NCBI GenBank assembly: GCA_015680685.1
Contig: MNCI01001687.1
Location: 501,150-565,149, forward strand
Length of the DNA stretch: 64,000 nt
Direction of reading: 5' to 3'
Source: Gnetum montanum
Taxonomy: Eukaryota; Plantae; Gnetophyta
The first letter of the stretch is position 1. Each line of letters begins with the position of its first letter. A program made the position numbers and the translations under genes. This document shows, piece after piece, positions 52,211 through 64,000 of the stretch. Below the pieces are notes generated by a model. That model saw only the letters and a list, made by a program, of their open reading frames with translations. It was not told the origin of the DNA and made no database searches.

Positions 52211-55200
52211 GATCCACATGTAGTACAACATAATATCATCCTCAATCCTAACATTAAACCAATCAAGTAAAACATTTATAAGATTAGACCTAATTTGGAC
52301 CTAGCAATTCATAATGAAATCACAAAGTTGTACCAAGATGGTTTCATTAGAGATATTGATTACATAGAATGGGTATCCAAGATATTGGTAGTCCCTAAGG
52401 AAAATGGGAGTATGCATATTTGTATAGATTTCTAAGACCTAAATAAGGAAACTAGCAAAGATGATTTTTCTTTACCTAGTATTGATCACCTTATTGATAC
52501 TATGACTGAACATGCCTTATTATCCTTTATGGGTGAATTCTTAAGATACAACCAAATTATGATTAACCCAAAGTATCAACTTAATACAACCTTCATAATC
52601 CCTTGGGTTAACTTTTGTTATAATATGATGTCTTTTGGCCAAAAGAATGTAGGAGAAACCTACCAAAGAGCTATGAAATATATCTTTAGTGATCATATAC
52701 TAGGTTTTCTTAATGATTATGTAGATGATATAGTTGTTAAGTCCAATGTGATCAATGACCATGCACATGACCTTGACCTTGTACTTAAATGATGCCTCAA
52801 GTAGGAGCTAAGGATTAATCCTAAGAACTATATCTTTGATGTTAAATTTGGTAAGATTCTTGGCTCTATAGTATTTGAAGTAAGGATACATGTCAATATT
52901 GATAAGGTTAAAGGCATACCCAATTTGGTAGCACCAACTAACATTAAGGAGATTCAAGGACTACAATCTAGATTACAATTTATCATAGGTTCATTGCTAG
53001 TCGTATGGATAAGTTACAATCCATGCAACATTGGCTTAAGAAAGAAGTTCATAATAAGTGGATGGCTCAATGCTAAGAAGCCTTTGAAAATCTTAAGTAA
53101 GAGTTAGCACAACTATCAATGGTCAATCCACCACAAAAGAAAAAGCCATTTTATTTATACCTTGCTATCTCTAACACATCCATTACTCTCTACTCTTTAA
53201 AAAATGAGATGATGGAGCAGAGTTTCTAGTATACTACCTCAGCCATGCATTGATAAGCTATGAAAGCTAATACATTGAAGTACAGAAGTATTTTCTAGCC
53301 CTTGTCTTCTCATTGAACAAGTGGAGAACCTACCTTTCTAGGAGCCAAGTCAATGTCATTTGCAAAGATAATGTGCTTAGAGCCATAATGATCAATATCT
53401 ATGAAAGTAGTTGTATAGCCCATTGGAAAGCCATCACAGCCAAATTTAACCTTCATTATGTCTCCCATGCCTTAATAAAAGGTCAAGCTATAGCTGCACA
53501 ACTCATTGCTTCATCAATTGATGACCAGATAGCCATTGACCTTGAATTCCCCAATGAATGGGTTAACATTATTAGCAATGTACTCGAGGGCTATGAGGTG
53601 ATCATGCACTTTGAGAGAGATTCAATAGCTCATGGGGCTAGTGCTACTACCATCATAACATTCCCATCTAGTGAAATCAAACCCATCATTTATCATTTTG
53701 AATTACCATGTACCAACAATGTAGCAAAGTATGAAGGTTTCATTAGAGGGGTGGTGCTAGCTCATGACCTACGAATCAAATGCTTAATGATAAAATGTGA
53801 TTCATAACTTGTGGTTAACTAAGTAACCAAGATTTATGTAGATAAAGCCCAACAATTACAACCTTACTATGACCAAGGTAAGCAACTAATGCAATAATTT
53901 ATAGATATTTATATCCAACATGTACCTCAAATCAAGAACATGCTAGCCAATGCTACCACAACATTAGCCCTTAATGTAATCCCATATGTGTTTAGCAAGT
54001 TTTGCACCTTGACTATGGATTGTGCGATCATTCAAGACACTGAAGATAACTTCATAGTCGTAGTTCACACTACTCCTACAAAGGAGTGGTATGATGATAT
54101 CAAGTTTTACCTTATACATGGTGAACCTTAATAAAGTCTTGACTACCATTCAAAAGAATATTGTACATAAATGATCAAAATAATATGTCATCATATGTGA
54201 TAACCCATTACGTAGATGCTTATACGATGGCATATTATTAGTATGCTTTGGTAAAATTGAAGCCTGCATAGTCCTAGAGTATGTTCATGAGGGTGTATTT
54301 AGGGACTATATAGAACCTAGAGCCATGGCTACTAAGATTAGACAACTAGGTTATAACTAGCCCTATATGGAAAGAAACTACTTGCAAAAAGTTAAAACTT
54401 ATGACACTTTTTAACAACATAGAAACCTTATACATGTACCACCAATTGAGTTATACACCACTTAGATAACTTGGCTATTTCAACAGTGTGGGTTGAATAT
54501 CATTGGACCCATAAAACCTAAGTCTTCCATAGGGCATAGCTTTATCATTACTACAACCAAATACTTCATGAAGTGAGCTGAAGCTATTCATCTAAGGAAG
54601 TCCTTTAGTAGATTCATATTAAATAACATGGTATTCCATTTTGTTATACCTATGATCATAGTCATAGATAATGAACCATAATTTAGTAGCCAAGAAACAA
54701 AAGAATTTTCTCATGACCTAGGCATTAACCATTCCTTCTTATTACCATATTATACTCAAGCTAATGGGCAAGCAAAAGTAAGCAATAATTCCATCATAAA
54801 CTTGCTTAAGAAAATGTTAAATAATAGTAAACATAAGTAGCATGAGTGACTTGTTCATGCACTTTGGGCCTACCTAATGAAATTTTTTAACAACCAAAGT
54901 AACCACATATAGCCTAGTTTATGTTTCTAAAGTTGTTTTCCCTCATAAATTATAGGTGTCATTACTCCAAGTAGCCCAGTATTATGAACACTTGATCATG
55001 TCCGGTAGTACCTAAAGAGGTAGAAATGATAACATCATCATAACCTAAGTAAACAGAAGATCAAGGACGAAGACCTGGTCCTCAAAGCTATCTGGGAGTA
55101 TGTGGACAAATTCTCAACCAACTGGGAAGGGCCATTCCTAACCACTAAGGCATATGGAAATAGAGAATTTAGGATAGTAGACATGGATAAAAATGAGTTG

Positions 55201-55245
55201 GCTAATCCAATCAATCATTCCTACCTAAATACTTACTACATGTAA
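52211..55245 (+). pseudogene. pol: Decayed RT-RNaseH-aRNaseH-integrase of A
   Basis: LNDYVDDIVVKS; IKGQAIA; CTNNVAKYEG; QANGQA; NWEGPF; NPINHSYLNTYYM*. Confidence 0.95.
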
Positions 55246-56272
55246 CCTGTGAGAACCAATAGTTGACATCAACAACATTTACAACCAATGACAAGTGAGT
55301 CTGTATGATCTCTTTTTGCACAACAAATGGACTAAAAAGCTTTGATGCTATTCTGTTTTGGGTATACCAATTGTGATCTTTGGTGGCTAGGTTTGCTAAT
55401 TATTTTAAATGGGCTTATTGTATTTTAATAACTTGACTTATTTATCTATTTTTCTTGTCCTTTTGGAGTTGTTATTGTAGGATGAAACCTAGAGGTCATC
55501 ACAAGGGTGTAACTCATTATGACAACAACTCACCATGTGATCTCAATGTGTGAGATTTGGTAAGTATGTCTTCCCATGCCAAGAGTTCTTATGTTACTTC
55601 CATCCTACTACCATTTCCTTAAGCTCAAGCCCATAGCTTAACTGTAACCTTCCTCTTCCTAAATAATTATAATGATAGATGTTTGATACTCATGCAGTGT
55701 GACCATATGACATTCATTCATCATACTCCTCCGTTAAGTCCACTAGATGTAACACATCTCATTCAATAGGAAAACCAAATCAAAAACAGCCTTGGTAATG
55801 AAGCCTAATAAAGGTTTATCTCATAAAAATAATGAGGAAGCAAATTACCAAGAAGCCAAATGGCCAATGAAGCCAAAGAATACAAAACAATGACTCAAAA
55901 CATGCAAAGGGAGGAGCCTAATGACCAACGAAACCTTAGAGTCAGGTGCTACTTCATCAAATGCATTGTTGAGTGACCAATACTTCTAAACACAAAGTGC
56001 AAAGACTTATTCATTGATCAACATGTTAGTGGCATATCATAACTATTATGTCCATGTTTGGAACTTACTATCAACTTTGTGACTATTTTCCTATAGCCAT
56101 TGATAGCCCTTACCATAACCTTATCCTATCATCACAACAACTTTTTTCCATGGTTTGACACTATTGAATCAAGTGTGGAGAGGTAATGTTGATGAGAGAC
56201 CTATAGTGGTGTTTTATATTATTGTTTTATGTCTCTTAGATCAATTGTCTAAACATCAACAAGAGGGGTCAA

Positions 56273-57687
56273 TGAAACACTACCAAGAAAATTCATGTTG
56301 CAAATTTTAACTTTCATCTTCCAAAATTAGGCAAGGTTTCATTGTAGATGTAAGATTTGTAGCCCATGAGCTACAATCTTACATACTTTAACATTCTGAG
56401 CTAAAAGATGCCTTAGAAGTTGCTATTTCCTTACTTACCAAATGGAAAATGTTGCTTCATAGCTATAGTTTGGCTTGGGATTGCTAAGAATGACTTGGGA
56501 ATTACCAAATTTGGCATTTTCATGGGATTTTGTAGAGGTATAGCCTCAACTACCTTAGAACCATCTACCCCTAATGTAGACAGTGTTTGGTTTTCATTTC
56601 CAACCAAAACCTAAATGTTCATCACAAAAACCTAATGTAGATGTGCATATCTAGTGTTTGAATCATTGGGATTTTCCAATTTCCCAATAGTGACCAATGT
56701 ACTCACCCTAGGTTTTCAATAGTTACAGTAGGGCCAACATAAACATCATGTTTACTAGTAGTTTTTACCAACCTTAGGAAAGGCCATCAAGATCAACATA
56801 GTTAGGATGGTGTTAGTGTAGTAACAAAAGTTCATTTACTATTTATAGTATTCGAATGGGCTTTGGTGGATATGGTATATTAAGATTTACTATAAATGAC
56901 CACCTACATTGAGAATTGTAATCGTTATACCTGCTAATTGACATAAATTTGTTAGTAATCATGATAGTGATGTATAAAGCCTAAAATAAGAAATTCCATA
57001 GCCTATAATAGCCAAACATGAATACCTTATTAAGGTTTCAAAAAATGGAAAATAGTTTCACAACTTGAAAAAGAAATTCTGCATTTTCACAGCTAAGAGC
57101 TTGTTGTAACCTTGAAACACCGTGGAGAGAAAAATGATATCTATAGTAGGCATTATAGATTCTTGACATGATATTGCTACCTTAACTATGGAATACTATC
57201 CATGACCACAATTGTAGATTTTGGTGGAAACTAGCAGGGAGCTACTAGGAATTGGGATTGGGAGGTATTCTGATCATGGGGTTTGAGAGTAGAATGTAAC
57301 CTGCTAGCTACATTAGACTTCAAGCTCCATCCAAGAAAGCTTCTTGTGCATCACAACACAGAAATATATACTTTTTGAATATTATACTTTATTCATTCTC
57401 CATTTCAATAAATTTATAGTTCATTGTTATGTAGATTTAAGCTCAATTTTTCATTTTTGTGTCTATTTTTATTTTAGATCTACAATTCCATTTCTATTTT
57501 CACCATCATTTATGTTTTTTCTTATGCTTCCATTTACATTTCTATAAGTCCCTAGGAGATCAACCAGACCATCTAGGATACCCTAAAACCCATCTTTGGG
57601 TGTCCCTTAGGATTTGAGGCTAAAACTATTTTGGCACCTAGGATTTTTCATTTTTGATTCCAACAAATGAATTTTCTATGTCCAACA
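56273..57687 (+). repeat. 3' LTR of A
   Basis: TG...CA; preceded by PPT-like AAGAGGGG; repeat of 2195-3575. Confidence 0.88.
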
Positions 57688-57851
57688 CTTATATTTTTTT
57701 TCAAAATAAGTAGGAGAATATTAGAATATTCAATGTTAAGTCAAAAGAAAAAATAAAACTATTCAAATATTGAAGTAATAAATAATAGAATTGTAAAAGG
57801 ATCCTGAATGTGGAATTTTTTGAGGAAAAATTAAACCTAAGGTAGCAATCT

Positions 57852-58344
57852 TGTCATGTTTACGTTTCCAAATGGTACCACTCCATAGTAAATATGGTGT
57901 CTCTTCATAATAAATGTTGTATTAATAATAATAAGAGCTAAAAGAATGCATTGTAATAATGAACAAATCTCTTGAAATCATCTTTTTGGATTTGAACCAA
58001 GATATTTATACCCAAGCATTAGAGGTCATATTGATATGGAATTATAGAGGTTGTAAAGTAAGCAATAGGTGTTGGGTAAAGTAGGATAGGAAGATGACTA
58101 TCCATTCCTTCTCACTGGTTATAGACAAAACCATGGTTATAGTGCTTGATTGCCTCTAAGAGATACAAGTTGAAAAAAGATAACCTGAAGGAACCCATAA
58201 AGCATGACCTAGATACATTATTCCATATTAATAATTCATTCTTTTCATTTTTCTTTTATATTTTGCATGTTATTTTTTTACGCATAATGTTGAATGTTAC
58301 ATATATTTGATATTTTCTATTATATCTAGAAATGGGATGCCATA
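57852..58344. repeat. Decayed short solo-LTR-like repeat (inverted homolog of 61349-61916)
   Basis: Its reverse complement aligns, e.g. CATTCAACATTATGC, TATGAAGAGAC, CCATTTGG. Confidence 0.6.
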
Positions 58345-59452
58345 GATATTATATAAACCATCATTAAATTAAAATAGCATCTAAAGATAATATCTTCTTT
58401 TAACATGTATCCACTACCATATTAGCTAAATAGGAAATCCCTATCTACTTAAAAAAAGTTATCAACACTAACTCATGAAGCTAAGATTTGGTTCTATGAG
58501 GGTTAATTCTGTAGAGCCTCCTACCACATGATTTATGGTCCCCAATAACTACCATAATTTCGAAATAGAGAAGAAGATTTCAAAAAGGAATTTCATTTTT
58601 AAAGGGTTTCTATAATACATAAGCTATGAAAAAGAGCACTAGTTAGAATTGAATTTTTAGAATTAAATTTTGATTGTAAAAGAATGATACCACATAATAG
58701 TTTGTCATGAAAATAAGGTTTATATTAGCTAGAGCATAATTAGGAAAAGATAATACTTATGAAATTTATTATCTTTAAAGTGCTTAATATTCCATAATAG
58801 CTTTATCAATAGAGTCATTATTTAGAACTACAAATAGTTCTACAAAGCTCAACATAAGCATCACATAAGAAAAGGTTGGAACTGCTCAATGAACTAAGGC
58901 ATGTTATCTTCTTCTACAATAACTCTTTTATAATCATTGAGCAAAATCAAAATGTTCTTCTACTTAATTCATCTGGCACATCAAATTTTTTATTAAAAAA
59001 ACCACTATTTATAACTATAGCTTTATTTCATAAACTTATAACACATTTTAGTTAACATGTAAGAAATGAAAATTATAAATCAATAATAATTTTAAAAGCT
59101 TATGGTAAACACCAGCCTGCTTGAAAATACCCTACTTTATAATAAAAATTTGATTTTGAAATTAAGCTTTTACATGTTAGCTCTGTATAATTCAATAGCT
59201 ATCTAAAACTAAAATTTGGTTCTATCTCTACATAAATGTATTGAGCTTGTTTGATAAAATGTAAGATTACTATCAAAAAAAAAATTTAGCCATAAGACTA
59301 ATTATTCAAAGATTGACATAATAGAGTTAGCTACGAAAGAAAATAAAGATGAAAGCTAAGGGATTGGTCGAAATAGTTATATAATAGACACTATGAATAT
59401 ACATAAACATGACAAGAAGCTATTATCCCAATCCTTAAATCCACCATAGTCA

Positions 59453-60037
59453 NNNNNNNNNNNNNNNNNNNNNNNNNNNNNNNNNNNNNNNNNNNNNNNN
59501 NNNNNNNNNNNNNNNNNNNNNNNNNNNNNNNNNNNNNNNNNNNNNNNNNNNNNNNNNNNNNNNNNNNNNNNNNNNNNNNNNNNNNNNNNNNNNNNNNNNN
59601 NNNNNNNNNNNNNNNNNNNNNNNNNNNNNNNNNNNNNNNNNNNNNNNNNNNNNNNNNNNNNNNNNNNNNNNNNNNNNNNNNNNNNNNNNNNNNNNNNNNN
59701 NNNNNNNNNNNNNNNNNNNNNNNNNNNNNNNNNNNNNNNNNNNNNNNNNNNNNNNNNNNNNNNNNNNNNNNNNNNNNNNNNNNNNNNNNNNNNNNNNNNN
59801 NNNNNNNNNNNNNNNNNNNNNNNNNNNNNNNNNNNNNNNNNNNNNNNNNNNNNNNNNNNNNNNNNNNNNNNNNNNNNNNNNNNNNNNNNNNNNNNNNNNN
59901 NNNNNNNNNNNNNNNNNNNNNNNNNNNNNNNNNNNNNNNNNNNNNNNNNNNNNNNNNNNNNNNNNNNNNNNNNNNNNNNNNNNNNNNNNNNNNNNNNNNN
60001 NNNNNNNNNNNNNNNNNNNNNNNNNNNNNNNNNNNNN
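59453..60037. other. Assembly gap (others: 7194-7413, 9375-9858, 12966-13181)
   Basis: N runs. Confidence 1.
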
Positions 60038-61348
60038 TAACATAGCTTGTTTGAAATTATTAGGCATGGTTCCTAGTTGAAGTTAGGTTTATTACTATTA
60101 TATTATTTTCCAAGTGAGATTTAAAAACCAAAGAGAACAATCCCTATATTTTTATGGCTATTCATATTAAAAGGATCCATCTACAAATCCCTACTATGAT
60201 TTCTTTCTCATTATGTATTATAAAAGCTATTTAGATCCTTAGGTTTTGGAATTTCGTATGAATTTTATTTATCCTATGATTTTGAAATTTATTTTATGAA
60301 GCATTGCACAAAGGATAGACATATAAAGTATTGAAAAATTAGGATAAACTTTATGAAGTTTCTTTATCCATGCATGATACATAGTAATAATGAACATCAA
60401 GCTTATAAGCTATCCAAATTTCTAGCACATATTTGATAGTTCTTAAATTTAAAAGAAAAATGTGTGAAATCCATCTTATGGATTATTAAATGCATAACAA
60501 GATCATTGATCTAAATTTTGTCTTGTGGAAATCTAGCAAGGTAGGGTATGTGAAGGGAATGGCTACTAAATATATGAGTCAATTTGTATATCTAGTCTAT
60601 CTAGTTATGATATATAACTCATTATAGATGAGAAAATATGATTGCATAGATGATTTATATTTTCAATACGAAGAAGATAATAATAAGAAGGTAAACAAAG
60701 CAAAACAATAAGCATTAGAAGAGCTTGAAAGAAGCGTATCAACAATGCTTCTTTGATAGTTATGTAATGAGTCCACAATAGAACTCTACTGATGGCTAGG
60801 AAGTCAGAAGCATTAATTAATACAAGGATTTATAGAAGGTCAACTATTATTCATGAAAATTAATTATTTCTTTTCGAAGCTATACAACCTAGAATAAGAT
60901 TTTACTAATCAAAAATTCCAATTAAATAATGAAGAATTCCTAAGACTTTAGATACCTAAAAATGTTATAATATAGAAAGTTAAGAACAAGAACTAACATC
61001 ATGCACAACAATAATAAGAATTAGTTGATACTTGAACCCATGGATTGTCCTCATTTTCCCTAGCTACTTTAGATTTTTCATTCGACTATTTGATGAGGGG
61101 TTGTTCTAGAACATTGAAGATGAATGAAAAAGAGAAAAAATTATATTAACTAGAATGAATATCACATAGTTAGAGATTGAGTTAAGTGGCATCCTTTCTT
61201 ACAAAGAGGAAGATCCATTAACAAGTAAATGAAGGTTTTTAATGTTATATAATATTTTAATAAGTTTGTAGTCATGTTGATCAATAACATGGGCCATGTA
61301 GTCAATAATAATGTAATGAGGCTAATACATGTTTTAGAATATGAAAAT

Positions 61349-61916
61349 TATAACATCCCATTCCTAGATGTCATGGGAAAATGTTAAATATACATTATAT
61401 TAGACATTAGGCATAAGAATATAACATGGAAACATTAGATATTTGTAACATTCAACATTATGCATAAAGAAAATTACAAGGAAATGTAGAAGGAAAAAGA
61501 CAAGAATGCTTTATTGATGTGGAGTAATGTATTTGGTTCATGCTCTGAGAGTTCCTTGGGGTTTTCTTTCTTTCATATCCCTTGAAGGCTATCTAGCACT
61601 AGCACCATGGTTAGGCCTATCACTCACTAGAAATGATGGCTAGTCCTCTTTCTATCGTGCTTCACCCAACATCTATTACTTATCTTTACTAGCCCTACAA
61701 CTCCATGGTGATACGATTTCTAATGCCCAAGTATAAATGCCTTAGGTCATACCTCCAAAGGTCACCTTGAGAGGCATATCCATTATTACGACACATATTT
61801 TTAGGTCTTAATTATAACATGCCATTTCAGGTCTTATTACAACAATCACACTACTTGTTATGAAGAGACGTCATGTTTGTTATGTACTAGCACCATTTGG
61901 GAATGGTGACATTATA
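61349..61916. repeat. Decayed short solo-LTR-like repeat
   Basis: TATAACATCCCATTCC...GGAATGGTGACATTATA (decayed TGT..ACA inverted termini); flanks AAAAT/GAAAT. Confidence 0.65.
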
Positions 61917-64000
61917 GAAATGAAAAAATCAAAATGTCAACAATAGAACTTAAGGATTCCAAATCTCAAAATGAAGAGAAAAAATCTTTACTCATCATTA
62001 GAAAATTATTAGAAAGGAATAAAAATTAAATATATAACATGCTAGGACACCAAATGATCTTAATACCAAATGATTTGAAAGAAACTAGAAAACATAAGAC
62101 TCGAAATTATTCTTTCATATGGCTATCAAATTTTCAAGAATTAATTTTTAAACATTAATATTAAAAATAATGTGCTAGTAAGGTTAATGATGAGATAGCT
62201 AAAATTAATGAACAAAAAATCACATATGATGAAGTGAATGTAAGAGATCATAAGTTAGTAGAAATAGCTACAAGTATAAGATAATTTGTTCATCAATAAT
62301 AAGAAAGACTCTCTAAATAGAAAAATGATGATAGTCATAAAATTCATGATAGATATAGATCAATAAAAAAAGGATTACAAGAAAAACTACTCCATTATAG
62401 CCTCTTATTTGGAGCAATTAGTTAATATAATAACAAAGCTAGGCATAGAGAACTTAAGTACAGAATAGATTATATTAAGGCTTAATCAAACTAAACTAGA
62501 ATAAGTAAAATAGCTCATAAAAATAATATATAATTTTAATAATATGTCATAATAACATTCAGCTTTAAGAAAACTAATTCATATAATGCATAACTCTTTC
62601 ATTTCATTTAATAAATTATTCAATAGCATAGCACTTTATAAGAAATTTGTTTCCAAAATCATCTTGTCAAAAAAAATTTATTAATTTTGTAATCATCGTA
62701 TCATTCCATGATAAGTTAAATGAGGAAATATTGAAACATTTGAAAAGGGAGGTAGTAAGGAAATAAAGAAAAGATGGAATGAAGATGTTTTAGATAATGA
62801 GTTAATAATTAGAAGTGATATTTAGTATCTTTGAAATAGGTTAATTTTTCTAAAATTGTTGTAAAGTTTAGCTTTCTTTTTGTTTACTCATGAAATACTA
62901 AAGCTTGATAAATGTTTATTCTAAGATGAGTTTGGCATAGGATTATTACTATTTGATTAATAGCTTAACCAAGTAGAAAGTTAAGATTTCCTTTAAATTT
63001 TTAAATCTATTTATAATTATTCTTATAGTCTCATTAATTTTGTGGATGTACATTAACATCTAGTTTAATATCTCTTTTAACATCAGTGTAAATTATTGTT
63101 TTTCTAACAATAAATTCAATAGAGTATTTTAAGCGTTGATAATTTTTATAATTTTAGAAAATCTATTTTCTCTTAAGCATAGAAGCAAAAAGATTGATTT
63201 TAATATTAAGGTTTTTCTAAAGTAGACAACCAACTATTTTCATTCTATTATTACAGTTAAATCATGTCTATATCAATTATGTACAATAACCAATTAGCTC
63301 ATAAAACTTGAAGATAGATATTTAGAGGTATTTGTCTCTTGGTAGAGCTAGAGATTAGAAGCCATCAAAAATGAATTTTCATAGGTTGGTTTAGTAAAAT
63401 TCAATTGCTACAAACATACCAAATACTAATAGTTATGATCTTTGAAATAGACTTTAAATCCTAGGAAAAACTACAAGCTAACAATGGGAACTATGTGAAA
63501 CCTAAAATAAGATTTAAACCTAAGATCTTTTAAGAGTCCTATATGACAATGGAAATCTGCATCTACCTCTTTTTCAAATTAGTATGGTGTTCCTCTTTGG
63601 TTCCATCTTCTAGATACAGGAAAGTAGTTGAAAATAATGAGATACATAGCTAAAGTTATACAAACATATTTAATAAAGGAAAATTGTTAATAGAATATGA
63701 GACATATACTAGCAAAGAAGATATCAAAGGTTGAAATAAAAAACATGCTAAGGAGTAAGAAGCATATAACATAGGAGTATTACACTATATACTTAGAAGG
63801 AATAAAGCAACCTAGAAACATCATAGGTTCTAACACTAATCCTAAGCTAGCAAATAGAGTTTAATAACTAATGACAAAGATGATTGAGTTATCAATGGAT
63901 AAATCCACATGGAATAATAGAAAATTAGCACTTCTACATAACTTGGAAGATGAAAAAAGAAATTATAGACTTAATGATACAAAATATTAATCTAAGAAAA

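Larger units (their letters stand above)
2195..57687 (+). mobile_element. Element A: old giant Ty3/gypsy Tat-lineage (Ogre-like architecture) LTR retrotransposon, ~21 kb after removing nested inserts
   Basis: Paired LTRs 2195-3575 / 56273-57687; near-TSD GTTAT/CTTAT; decayed Asn PBS; decayed gag, PR, RT, RH, aRH and INT in order. Confidence 0.88.

Noticed and set aside
57840-58220. Apparent decayed integrase on the minus strand (WDSHLP)
   Set aside because: The region is better explained as a homolog of the LTR-like repeat at 61349-61916.
58350-64000. Host gene or TE coding remnants in the AT-rich tail
   Set aside because: No motif or ORF I can support.

Overview
This is AT-rich, CG/CHG-depleted land-plant heterochromatin, possibly from a gymnosperm (inference), with four N-gaps. 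It has no intact host gene. Almost the whole window is a nest of Ty3/gypsy Tat-lineage LTR retrotransposons that all use a tRNA-Asn PBS. Element A (+, 2195-57687, about 21 kb native) is the oldest. It hosts (i) element B (+, 4008-~13181; ~3.4 kb LTRs, gag+protease, apparently no RT/INT) in its 5' leader, (ii) two solo-LTR-type insertions (17312-21472, 28525-30425), and (iii) full-length element C (-, 32856-52205, TSD GTCTA), which splits A's pol. The 3' end of a relative (D) lies at 1-1745, and two small decayed LTR-like copies lie at 57852-58344 and 61349-61916. There are three main findings. First, A and C each carry a multi-kb intron-like spacer between protease and RT that holds a homologous, multi-exon antisense gene. 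Second, family-specific palindromic motif arrays occur in LTRs and upstream of that gene. Third, B's LTR is a mosaic of captured host gene fragments, including the SF3B3/SAP130 N-terminus and a PB1-domain protein. All comparisons were made by eye.
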